Positions 37,953 to 50,318 of a stretch of 64,000 nt of DNA are shown in pieces. Origin of the DNA: Antedon mediterranea. Its lineage: Eukaryota > Animalia > Echinodermata. The translations under genes and the position numbers were made by a program. Location: positions 5,658,422-5,722,421 of the forward strand of contig NC_092678.1 of NCBI RefSeq assembly GCF_964355755.1, given 5' to 3'. Positions within the stretch are counted from its first letter, which is position 1; each line of letters starts with the position of its first letter. A model generated the notes under the pieces. The model made no database searches, was not told the DNA's origin, and saw only the letters and a program-made list of their open reading frames with translations.

Positions 37953-39534
37953 TTTTGATGGTTTTTGCAGAATTGGTAAAATAAAAAATTTAAGGCATCA
38001 ACAAACTCATCAGCCCTGTAAGAAAATGTAAATTAAATAAAAGAATATCACATAATTTTTTTTTTTTTTTTCACTTAAAAAATATTTAATAGTAAAGTAG
38101 GTATAAGTATAAATACAATTAATTAGACTAACACAACAAAAATATTCAATCTTCTATCAAATAAAGTTAAAATTTAGTCAATTCAATAAAATGCTGTCAT
38201 ACCAATTGTTTACAATAGATTATAATTCAAAATATTTGTTTGTTAGTTTGTAAATAGTTTGGCTACCCTTTTGCAAAGTCTTCCGATATTTATTTTTCCA
38301 TTTGAAAGGAAAACCCCCTAAAATATCTTCAGGCAGACAATACAAATATTATAGTTAGATACAGTAGTTAGAATTACATTTCCTAAATGTTCTTAATTCT
38401 AAAGCATATAGTCTACTCTAGCACAATTGTGTTTGGAATCTTTGATGTTGCAACTGTTTTGTGAAGTTTTTGTTACTGGGGAGTGTCCAATGACAAGCCA
38501 TTTTAACAAACAAAAAACACTATTCTTTCTTGCCACAATTCGATATTCAAAATTTAAACTTGACCTGACATGGTTCCATGAAATCCTTATATGGAAGTGT
38601 AGTAATGTGGATTTTAAAAAAAAATGAATTCTAATATTTACCACAAAATGGTTTTTCAGAGAATTGAGTGGTTTTACAATACTTGATATTGTACTAATTC
38701 TGGAATAGTCACTCCACAAGTTGCTTTCCTTCCTTATACTCTTATAACAAATTGAATACACTTTTGTTAATTGATACTAAATTGAATAAGGTTTATGTAG
38801 TTGTAATTGTGTTTTTGCTTCTGTTATTGGTGCATTTGAAGTTTTGTTTGTGTTCTTGGTTTTAATGATTCTTTCATGTTGTTGAAGCAAAATGCTTTTC
38901 TATTTGTCAAAGGTCAAATGCCTAGCCAGTACCATTTCATGAGATAAATTTCTGAATCACCATAAAATCAGATTACAAATGCTATTTATTTATTTTATTT
39001 CATAAACCCCTTGAAGAACAAGCAAAATTGAACATTACAAAATGATAAAATAGTTATTAGAAAATAATAGAAAAATAATCTATAATTTACACTATAACAG
39101 ATTTCATGATAAAAAAGATTAAAAAATATGATTTAACAAACAGTAATTTAAATTGAAAATTAAGTTTAATAAACGAGGAATTGACTTAACAAACATTTGT
39201 ATAAAATTTAATGGTTGAACCAATGCTGGTACCTTTTTATTATTGTAAGGACAAGCAACATGTATGTACAATGGTTAAACAATACAAAATGAGCAAATAC
39301 AATAGTTAATAATAAATAGAAAGATAGTCTATAATTAATACTGTTAATAAATAATTTACACTATCACAGATTCCATGATAAAAAAAAATTTTAGAATAGG
39401 ATTTTAACAGGCAAATTTGTATAGAATTAAATTATTGAACCAATGCTAGCACCTAAAAAATATTTAAACTGGCTATCATTTCTAATAATGTTCTAAATTG
39501 TTCCGTTTAGTGTCTTTGATTTATTTCCAGTCTA

Positions 39535-40419
39535 TTACACTCTTTGTTCATCTTCATGACCTCCTTGACCTCTTGGAATGTTTCTTATTTGAGGTTCAGG
39601 ATTGGAACCAAAGCAGCATAGAGCACGCTTAAAACCATTTCTTAACTCTGGAATACGCCACCAATATACAATGGGATTTAAAGCAGAATTCATCATCAGA
39701 AGCGGAAACAAAATCTGATAAAAATTCTTAAGGGAGTCACAGTGACTTAAAAAAATAAAACATATGGATAATAAGTGGGTTGGTATCAAACAGAAAAACA
39801 GTGGAAAAAGTAGAATACTAAATGTAATAAATACTGATTGTAATCTGGCCTGTCTAGCAGATCTAGCAGAAGCTGATGCGAGTTGGTTAGTTTTACGTTT
39901 TAAAATAATGTACATAGAAATATAAACAAATGCAACTATTGTGATCAAAGTAAAACTCAGACCAAATACATAAATATATGACAAACAATTGAATACTGTT
40001 ATTATCCATAAGGAAATACAAGATTTTGCCAATCTCTTTTTTGTAACAATGTTTTGGTATTTTAATGGAGCAGCAATAGCTATGAAACGTTCAATACTCA
40101 CTGCAAAAACAAATAATAGTGAAGAAGTCATCATTGATGCCCCTATAAATACCACCAAACCAATTGAAGAAAAAGACAAAACAGAAAATAGAATCATAAA
40201 TGAAAAGATAGCAAGACAAGTTAGTAAGTCCGCAACTGCCAAGTTGACAAGCAAAACATTTGATTTCTTTCTGAGTTGGTGATTGCAGCAGACAACCAAT
40301 ATAACAAACAGGTTTTCCAATATTCCTCCACCCGTAATGATAATAGTGAGAAAAGAACTGATTGGATGTATCTTTGTAAAAGTTAAGTCTACTATCTTTG
40401 AAATCCATGTAATATTCAT
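39535..40419 (-). CDS. Class A GPCR, type B copy 3 (294 aa)
   Basis: Intact ORF with the type B sequence. Confidence 0.9.
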   Translation of the reverse strand: MNITWISKIVDLTFTKIHPISSFLTIIITGGGILENLFVILVVCCNHQLRKKSNVLLVNLAVADLLTCLAIFSFMILFSVLSFSSIGLVVFIGASMMTSSLLFVFAVSIERFIAIAAPLKYQNIVTKKRLAKSCISLWIITVFNCLSYIYVFGLSFTLITIVAFVYISMYIILKRKTNQLASASARSARQARLQSVFITFSILLFPLFFCLIPTHLLSICFIFLSHCDSLKNFYQILFPLLMMNSALNPIVYWWRIPELRNGFKRALCCFGSNPEPQIRNIPRGQGGHEDEQRV

Positions 40420-41905
40420 TTAGTTTCAGCGAAGGAGTTTGATGTAAGTATAGTTTACTGAACTCGCATATCTGTAAGAAAATTTATAATTCAACTAAAA
40501 ATAACATTACATTTTTTTGTACATGGTCATAAGAAATAACATAGATTCTATATTTTTGTTTTCCACTTAATGTTTACCATTACTGCTCGTCTGCCTAAGT
40601 TGGCCTTTATAGATCATTTTTTCTTGAAAATAAAGAAACTTTAAATGCTCATAAGCTTACCAATGATAAGTTGGCTAGATCCAAATGTTGATAAAAACAC
40701 AATTTTTTCCAGTTTCACCATAAAGTTCTTAAGTGACTTTTTAAAAAGACTCCCAATGCTTATATATATTGTAGCGCAGCGAATAACTTCATGGTAAAAA
40801 CTGTGTTGCCGATGCTGTTACTGTTAACAAACTAATTCACTACTATAGCGATATTATAGAATCACATTTCCTATAATGTTACAATTTCTAGCATTCAATT
40901 ACTGCTATTATAGTTTTACTGGCGATTGTACGTATTAGATAATGTGTACCAGCAAGTATATATAATTATGTTGAGTCAAGACAAAATAATTAGCAATAAA
41001 AATGTCTAAAAAGATGATGATGCTATTAAGTTTTATTTACATTTCATAAATTTCCTGAACAATAAGCCAAATATACAATATTTTGATAAAAATGTATAAT
41101 AATAATATTGTCTATTTTATATCATTAATAAAGTAATAAAATATTTACACTAGACAAATTCCATGATATAAACATGACTTTGACAAACAGTTTAAATGAT
41201 TTAATATTAAACAAAACGTTTTCACCAATTTTTACCCCAATTGACTCATTTAGATCAACAATAATGACAAATTGTCAGTAGGAGAGTGAAATATTATTTA
41301 TACATCCATCATAAACATTTAGAGTGAATAATATTAAATGTACAGAAAAAGGTGAGCAAAGTGGATAAACAGAGCTTATTTTATTAAAGTACCTACAAAG
41401 CACAGATATGAGTATAAAATGAAAAAGAAATCTTAACTACAGCCTAAACTAATACCTAATGTGATATGCCATTTATGTACAAAAATTATTCATAATTTGA
41501 TGATAAATAATTTTGATAGAATGCTTTACAAGTATTGAAACTTTAATAATTCATGTTCAAGTGTCTTTTTGACACAAAGAAATATATATACATTTGCTAC
41601 CATTATACTTACAGTCTATTTATTAGTATTATATAAAGTAAAATATAGTTAGCCATAGTTCAATCATATTTAAAGTTTCTTTCATAGCACTGTTTGATTT
41701 ACTGACATTATTATGTGAATGTATTATTCTTATTTATATAATACCTAAATAAATTCCTGTCATTTGATTGGACGATTGTGGGTCACATGGCGTGCAATAG
41801 TACGCACTATTAAACGATCGTTTATTATGTATATGTATTATTTCCAATATATTACACTCTTTTTTCTTCTACATTAGATCTTTGACTTACACTAATGGTT
41901 CTTAT

Positions 41906-42937
41906 TTAAGGTTCAGGATTTGAAGTAAACCAGCATAGCATACCCTTAAATCCATTTCTTAAATCGGAAATACGCCACCAATATACAATAGGATTTAAAG
42001 CTGAATTCAGCATCAGAAGCGGTAAAAAAATCTGATATAAAAACTCTGCAAACGAGTCACAATGAGGTGATGTAATGTAACATATCGATAGTAACTGGGT
42101 TGGTATCAAACAGAAAAACAGTGAAAAAAGTAGAATACTAAATGTGATAAATACTGATCGTAATCTGGCCTGTCTAGCAGATCTAATAGTAGCTGATGCG
42201 AGTTGGTTAGTTTTACGTCTTATAATAATGTACATAGAAATATAAACAAATCCAACAGTGGTTGTCAGTATAAAACTTACAGGTAACACAGCAATGAAGA
42301 AAATTAATCTGGGGACTTTACCGTTAAAAATTAAAATTAAGCATAAAACTATTGTCCATACAAAAGTACATACTATTGCCAATTTCTTTTTCGTAACCAG
42401 GTTTTGGTATTTTAATGGAGCAGCAATAGCTAGAAAACGATCCATACTCACAGAAAGAACAAACAACAATGAACAATTCATCATTAATATCCCCAAAAAT
42501 ACAAAAGGACCATCTACAGAATAATGAATATAAAATGTTATAATATAAACTAATGTAACAAGACAACTTAATATATCAGCAACTGCCAAGTTAACAAGCA
42601 AAACATTAGATTTCTTTCTTAGTTGTTGATTGCAGCAGACAACCAAAATAACAAACAGGTTTTCCAATATTCCTGCAGCCATAATGATACTTGTGAGATA
42701 AACACTGATTGGACTCATGTAAACAAAATCCTTGTAGTAATCAAAGTAATTGAAATCTGTTGTAGTTTGGATATCTGTAAGAAAAATTGTTTTAATTTTT
42801 TTTTTTAATGTCTTACAATTGTCAAGTAGTTACAAATTAGTAATGGGTAAACTAAGAAAATAACCAGCTATCCTCAATCCTAAAAAAATAATAATAATTA
42901 TTAATAATATTAATGATTATTATTATTATTTACCCAT
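41906..42937 (-). CDS. Class A GPCR, type C copy 3; predicted join(42934-42937, 41906-42774), 290 aa starting MDIQTTTDFNYFDYYK, C-tail shortened by 18 aa
   Basis: ATGG|gtaaat donor, intron 42775-42933, tttttcttacag|AT ATC CAA in frame with the 7TM ORF; CAA>TAA at 41906-41908, ancestral stop at 41852-41854. Confidence 0.8.
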
Positions 42938-43884
42938 AAGTTTGTTAGATCCAAGTCTTCAATTTCACTCAAAATTCTTCTTTGACCAGAATGTTTCATC
43001 AATGCTCTATAGTATGTTAAGATTACCAAGCATAATGTATCACCAATGCTGGTAGCGAACAAAATAATGCTTCCAGCCAGACTATGATGATAATATAGGT
43101 CACTCTATTTTTGATCAAAATCACATTTCCTGCAATGTTCTATTTTCCAAGATTCAATTAACTATAATAATATTCATTCTTATATAAAGCTTGTAATTTA
43201 TAGCATGGAATAGCAACTTCCTATTGCTGATAATATCAGCGCTTGTCCTTATTAGGGAACTTTATTATTTTCAGTCGCGTGTATTACTGACAAAGGTCAG
43301 ATATTTACAAAGAGTTAATAGTGTTATAATTTTAAAGGATATAGTAAGAAATACCAGTTACAAAGTGTAATAATATTTTAACACTGCGCACCATAGCCTA
43401 CTTTTGTTGAATGTTGTTCAATGACTCTCATGTAGACAAAATTAGGGGTAATATGTGATTTCTAAAATAAATTAAAGTGTCTTAACAATAACATGCTTCT
43501 TTTTTGTAGTACACCTATCCTCTGGAGAAGTAAAACTACCAAACTTCAAAAGACAATCTTTATTTTTTGTGCCACAAACATTGTTCACAATATAAATACC
43601 ATAGCACAATTAAAATAAAATTATATAAAATTGATGCTCTTCTTCAGAGCAAGTATGGGCCTTTGTTAGAATGGAGTGTTAAACAAACCTTACAACATTA
43701 ACACAATGTAAACATGTAGAAGATGATATAGATGTTATTTATTTATCTCATAAACCTCTCAAAGAGCAAGCAAATATGTACAATAGTTAAAAAATACAAA
43801 AGACATAACTGTTTTAAAATATGAAAATCGTGAAGACAGATAATTCCTAATTCATTATTTAACATAACATAAGCCACAAGATAA

Positions 43885-44190
43885 AGATGTATTGTCACCC
43901 TGAAAAAATATTTTTTTAAATTTTTTTTGTTGAATATGCCATTTTAATGTCACATAATAATTATCCACTTTTACCAAAAATTGGATCGGAAAAAAAATGT
44001 ATTTACCTGAAAAAAACTGTAATTTAAAGCCAAAAATGGTCAAATTGGCTGCCATCCAATGGTTTTTGGTGAAATTTAACCATTTATTTGGTATTTTATT
44101 AGTGAAAACATTTTTTTTTCTACGGAAGTGATTAACTTTATTAAAACTACAAAATAACATATTCAAAGTCTGATTTAATTAAAAATATCT
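43885..44190. mobile_element. Kolobok-like MITE, independent inverted copy of the 9275 family
   Basis: agatgtattgtcaccctga left end, body is the reverse complement of 9275-9602, ends atatct|ttaa. Confidence 0.7.
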
Positions 44191-44642
44191 TTAACATAGT
44201 ATACATTTATTAAATAGGGTTGATATTTTTTATTCATATATTAAATAATTCAGATAAATAAAAAAGCAATGTAGTGCTAATTACAATATGGAATAGAATT
44301 TTTAAAAAAACAAATCTTAACTACAGTCTAAACTAAATACAATCAACTGTTATCTGGCATTTGTTCTGTCTAAACAAATTGTTCATAGTTATTTAATATA
44401 TGATTTTTATACAATGATTTAAAAGTATTGAAAGATTTTAACATTTGACAATTAAAATTTAAAAGTCTTGCTGACACTTAAGAAATATATTTATTAATGG
44501 CTACCATTATTATATAATCTGCAACAATTATTAGTATTATATGTTTTTAAAGTAAAATATATTTAGCATAGAAAGAATCTTTTACTTTCTACAGAACTTA
44601 TCAATTGTTTTATTTGGTGACTTTGGTTTTATTTATAGTTTA

Positions 44643-44906
44643 TTACACTCTATGTTCGCCTTCATTATGTCTTTGACCTCTTTGAATGTTTCTTATTTGA
44701 GGTTCAGGATTGGAAGAAAAGCAGCATAGCATACGCTTAAAACCATTTCTTAACTCGGTAATACGGCACCTATATACAATGAGATTTAAAGCAGAATTCA
44801 TCATCAGAAGTGGAAAAAAAATTGAATATAACATCTCACTAAATGTTTCATGATTAGTTGAAAAAATGTTAAATATCCCTAATAACTGGATTGGTATTAA
44901 ACACAA
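44643..44906 (-). pseudogene. 3' remnant (TM6-ECL3-TM7-C-tail) of a fifth GPCR type (E)
   Basis: CLIPIQLLGIFNIFSTNHETFSEMLYSIFFPLLMMNSALNLIVYRCR: distinct ECL3 and degenerate NPxxY; cut off by the repeat element at 44907. Confidence 0.85.
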
Positions 44907-47192
44907 TAGGCTAGTCAATCTAGCATTTTGAGTGAAACAAATTGCAAACAGAGATTTTTTTTTTTTAAATGGTTACATATGATAAGGTGATTATTTTTTG
45001 AGCATCACACCTCTGACACTCATCCCAAAGGTATGCAAATTAGCTTAAATATGCAAATTAGGGTGAAATTACAGGGTTACCATATCTTAAAAACTACTAA
45101 TCGTAGAGAGTTCATTTTTGCACAGTCTGGTTCAGAATTTTTTTATTTATATTTGCTCCGAGACATTTTACATAAAAATGTCCGGAAGTACCAAATTTTG
45201 ACCCTTGACCCCATTTCTCAATATTTACATAAATATGTGATTAAAATGTCTGTAGAGACTTTATTTTGGACTCAATGACTTGGATATTGTTTTTCAATAC
45301 CCACCATAGAACTGTATTATAATTCCTAAAATCACAACTTCGTCACGCACCTCGAAAGTATGCAAATTAGTAGTACAAGTAATATTAAATATGCAAATTA
45401 GGGAGTGAAATTACAGCGTTGCCATATCTCGAAAACCGCTAATGCTAGAGTGTTGATTTTTTCACTAAAATATTTAAAATGTATATATTTATATTTGCTG
45501 TAATGAGACATTTTACAAAAAAATGCCCGGAACTATGACATTTGACCCTCGACCCCATTTCTCAATATTGCATATATAATGAAAACTAAAATGTCTGTAG
45601 AGAGACTTTGTTTTGCCTTCAAATGACTCGGATACAGGTTTCTAATAGCCAACATAGGAATGTTTAGTAAATCTCAAAATCACACCTGTATCACTCACCT
45701 TCAAAGTATGCAAATTATTAGTACAAGTTACATGAAATATGCAAATTAGGGGGTGAAATTACAGGTTCCTATATGTATCGAAAACCGCTAAGGTAGAGAG
45801 TTGATTTTTTCAAAAACTTGTTCAGAATGTACATATTTATATTTGCTCTAATGAAACATTTTACGAAAAAATGACCGGAAATACAACAATTGACCCTTGA
45901 CCCTATTTATCAATGTTTGCATACATAATGCGACTAAAATGTCTAGATAATTTTTTTGGACTCAAATGACTCGGATACAGTTTTCCTATCGTCAGCATAG
46001 GACCTCTTTGTAATTCCCAAAATCACATCTTTGTCACATACCTTGAAAGTATGCAAATTATTAGTACAAGTTACATGAAATATGCAAATTAGGGGTGAAA
46101 TTACAGTCTTCCCATATCTCGAAAACCATTAATGCTAGAGAGTTGATTTGAATTCAGAGTTGATTCAGAATGTACATATTTATATTCGCTGTAATGAAAC
46201 ATTTTACGCAAAAATTGTCTTGATTGAATTATGACATTTGACCATTGACCCTATTTCTCAATATTTTCATATAATTCAACTAAAATATCTTTATAGAACT
46301 GTTAGTAATTCTCAAAATCACACCTTTGTTACTTCCTTAGAAAATATGCAAATTAGTAGTACAAGAGGTGAAAGTTTCCGTATCTCTATCAGTCATTAGC
46401 GTTTTTCGAGATACATAAGGCTGTAATTTGCATATTTCATATAACTTGTACTAATAATTTGCATACTTTCGAGTTGCTTGACTTTTGGAATTACTAAACG
46501 ATCCTATACTGGCTATATAAAACCTGTATCCAAGTCATTTGAGGCCAAAACAAAGTCTGTACATACATTTTAGTTGCATTATATGCAAATATTGAGAAAT
46601 AGGTTCGAGGGTCAAATGTCATACTTTCGATAATTTTTTTTTTTCAATAATGACCCAGATACAGGTTTTCTATAGCCAGCATAGAACTGTTTAGTAATTC
46701 TCAAAATCACACCTCTGTTACTTCGCTTGAAAGTATGCAAATCAGTAGTACAAGAAAGTTGCCATATCTCTCTCTCTCGGTCATTAGCGTTTTCGAGATA
46801 CATAAGGCAATTCACTGTAATTTGCATATTTCATATAGCCTGTACTACTAATTTGCATACTTTCGAGGTGCTTGACTTATACTGGCTACATAAAACCTGT
46901 ATCCGAGTCATTTGAGGCAAAGTCTGTACATACATTTTAGTTGCATTATATGCAAATATTGAGAAATAATAATAATAATATCCTGGATTTATATAGCGCC
47001 TTATGTTGTGAAACCTCTAAGTGCTGTACATAAACTAATACGAAAAAAGGGAATTCCAACCATGCCAAAACGAAGGCGTGATTTTGATTTTGGGAATTAC
47101 AAAGCGGTCCTATGCTGACTATAGGAAACATGTATCCGAGTTATTTGAGTCCAAAACAAAGTCTCTACAGAAATTTTAGTCGCATTAGGTAA
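44907..47192. mobile_element. Transposon-like block (TAGGCTAGTC end, possibly Academ-like) made of ~340-bp tandem units, partly inverted, rich in ATGCAAAT
   Basis: Units start near 45003, 45340, 45680, 46022; reverse-complement units after about 46395; no matching right terminus. Confidence 0.55.
46966..47032 (-). mobile_element. L2/MIR-type 3' tail fragment
   Basis: Minus strand tgtacagcacttagagg...aaggcgctatataaat...(TAT)n. Confidence 0.55.
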
Positions 47193-48043
47193 GACATTTT
47201 TACCCCAATTGACTCATTCTTCACCTCATTTAGATCAACAATAATGACAAATTGTCAGTAGGAGCGTGAAATATTATTCATACATCCATCATAAACATTT
47301 AGAGTAAAAAAGTGAGCAAAGTAGATTACAGAGCTTATTATTAAATTACCTACAAAGAACAGTAAAAAAGAAATCTCAACTACAGCGTAAACTAATACCA
47401 ACAACTGTGATATGCCATTTATGTACAAAAAATATTCATAATTTGATGGTTTAATGGTTTTTAATTTGTATAGCGCAAAATACAAATAGTCTCTATGATA
47501 ATGTTGATAGAATTCTTTAAAAGTATTGAAACTTTCATAATTCATATTCAATGTATTTTTGACACAAAGAAAGTATAATATACTTAGAATAGAAACCAGT
47601 TTAATCATCATTTCATGTTTCTTTCACAGCACTTACAAATTGTTTGATTTACTGACATTGATTATTTATTACAGTACACTAAATTCTTTTTGAAAAAATT
47701 AGCGAAACTAACCTACCCCCTTGACTGTTTCACTAAGAAACAAATTTTAACTGCCCTCTTAAACTAAATACAATCAACTGTTATCTGGCACTTGTTCTGT
47801 GTAAACAAATTGTTCATAGTTTTATAATAATATATGATTTTTATACAAACAGATTTAAAAGTATTGAAAGATTTTAACAAGTTGTAATTTTGTCTTGCTG
47901 ACACTTAAGAAATATATTTACTATATGTTACATCCAGTTTTAGAAATTACTAATATAATATATGTATTTATAGAAAGCATCATTAACTTTTACAGAACTT
48001 ATCAATTGTTTTAGTTGGTGACTTTGGTTTTATTTCTAGTTTA

Positions 48044-50318
48044 TTACACTCTATGTTCGCCTTCATTATGTCTTTGACCTCTTTGAATGTTTCTTATTTG
48101 AGGTTCAAGATTGGAAGCAAAACAACCTAGCATGCGCTTAAAACCATTTCTTAACTCGGTAATACGCCACCAATATACAATGGGATTTAAAGCAGAATTC
48201 ATCATCAGAAGCGGTAAACAAATCTGATAGAAAGAGTATGCAAATGAGTCACAATGAGTTGATGTAATATAGCATATTGTCAATATCTGGGTTGGGAGTA
48301 AGCAGAAAAACAATGAAAAAAGTAGAATACTAAATGTAATAAATACTGATCGTAATCTGGCCTGTCTAGCAGATCTAGCAGAAGCTGATGCAATTTGGTT
48401 AGTTTTACGTTTTAAAGTAATGTAAATAGAAATATAAACAAATCCTATAATAATTGTCAAAGTAAAACTCAAAAAGTACACAGGTAATAGATTGTATATG
48501 TCAAAAAATATAAAGAAAAACAATACTAAAACTGTTGTTAAAATCCATAAAAAAGTACACACTATTGCCAATTTCTTTTTTGTAACAAATTGTTGGTATT
48601 TTATTGGAACAGCAATAGCTATAAAACGTTCAATACTCACGGCAAGAACAAATAATAATGAACAATTCATTATTAATAGCCCAACAGTTACAGTTACACC
48701 AACTGAATTAAAATACCTTATTATCATAAACAATAAAGTAAAAAGACAACTTAGTATGTCAGCAACTGCCAAGTTGACAAGCAAAACATTTGGTTTCTTT
48801 CTTAGTTGATGATAACAGCAGACAACCAAAATAACAAACATGTTTTCCAATATTCCTGCAACCATAATTATACATGTGAGATAACCACTGACCGGATGTA
48901 TTGTTAAATTCATTGTAAAATTATAATAATAGTAATAATCTATATATAAATTATGGTTAATTCTGACATAGGCGAGCACAATGCAAAAACTTCTCTACAA
49001 ATCTCCGCCTTGGATACCTACCTTATCTATCCGAGATGTACCGCGAAACGTAGATTTGATAACATTAGTGTGCACGCCGACGCTATTGTTCCATATTTAT
49101 ATCTTAGGAAGATATTATAAAGAGTTTTTTAACAACATTTATGATTTCAACATTGGATTTTCCTCTCAATTTCAATTCTTCCCGGTCAAAGTAATTTCCG
49201 GGTTTAAGATAAGTTCACCTTAGTTTCAAATATTTTCTCTCTTTTATACACAAGGGAGCAGTTAAAATAATAGATTTGACCCTAAAGGTGACTGGAAACA
49301 GGCACTTTCCATCAATCAATACAGTGTCCCTTTGGAAGACGAAAAAAAAATTGGCCATTAATCATAGCCATTTCAGTTTTTTGTTTATTTTAAAACATAC
49401 CACACTGTGTGAAGGTACAGTAGTTAAATAATAGGAATTATACTGCAAATTAATAAAGATCAAATGAAATATACGCCATAAAGAATCAGAATATATTGTG
49501 GGGAATAGTATTATAAAATTACATAGGGAGATTTGATAAGACATTTTTCGAGTGAAATCCCGATAGCTGAGTTTTATTGAGTAAGCTTGCAGGAATAACT
49601 GTAGGTCCTGTGTCCCGTTAGGACCGAGATGTCTGCCCATGTTGCAAGCCGTAATGTCTTCTTTCTTGGGCCCACTCTGTCATGGCAGTTAGTTTCAAAA
49701 GATGATTAAATTAAATAATGTATTAATTATTAGGATGGTATTCATTTGAATAAACGCCTCTCCAATAAAACATCACTGTGAATAATAACCCCCCCTCCCC
49801 CCCCCCCCCCAACCCAACTATCTAATAAACGTCCATCCACATATTTATAATAACACAATTATACTATTTGTAGTAGAATTCACCGCACTGTTATCTGCAA
49901 TTTACCAAGCATTTGTTATTCTTTTTTACCACTTTTCATATCTATGAGAGGATTTCATTTGATTATAAATGTTACCATATTATTAGAACTAAAAAATTTA
50001 ACATATATCCCTCGAATAAGCACCTCCCTCAAATGACCTCCGCCTCCCCAAAGGGCCCTACCAAACAATAAAAACTATACTTTAAAATGTTATTAATCAT
50101 TTAAAACACTGTGAAACAAAGTAGTTTAGTTTTACGAATGTCAAGCATTTTCAATAATGGTAACCGACAGAAAATGTATAAGGAGAACATTATCATTCCG
50201 AGAACCATCGTCTACACTTCTAGAGGGGGAGCGAGCGAAGCGAGCTCACCCTCTAGTAATAATAATAATCCAATGAAATACTGTAGTAATCCAAACTATT
50301 GATATCTTCTTTATCCAT
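48044..50318 (-). pseudogene. Class A GPCR, type A copy 4, N-terminus split by a Helitron-like insertion (7TM core still open from Met at 48923)
   Basis: MDKEDINSLDYYSISLDYYYY at 50318-50257, insertion 48939-50256, remainder identical to A3. The ORF-track start at 48979 is a GTG inside the insertion. Confidence 0.8.
48939..50256 (+). mobile_element. Non-autonomous Helitron-like element (1318 bp)
   Basis: A|TCTATATATAAATT ... hairpin-CTAG|T, no TSD, empty site in A1-A3. Confidence 0.88.
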
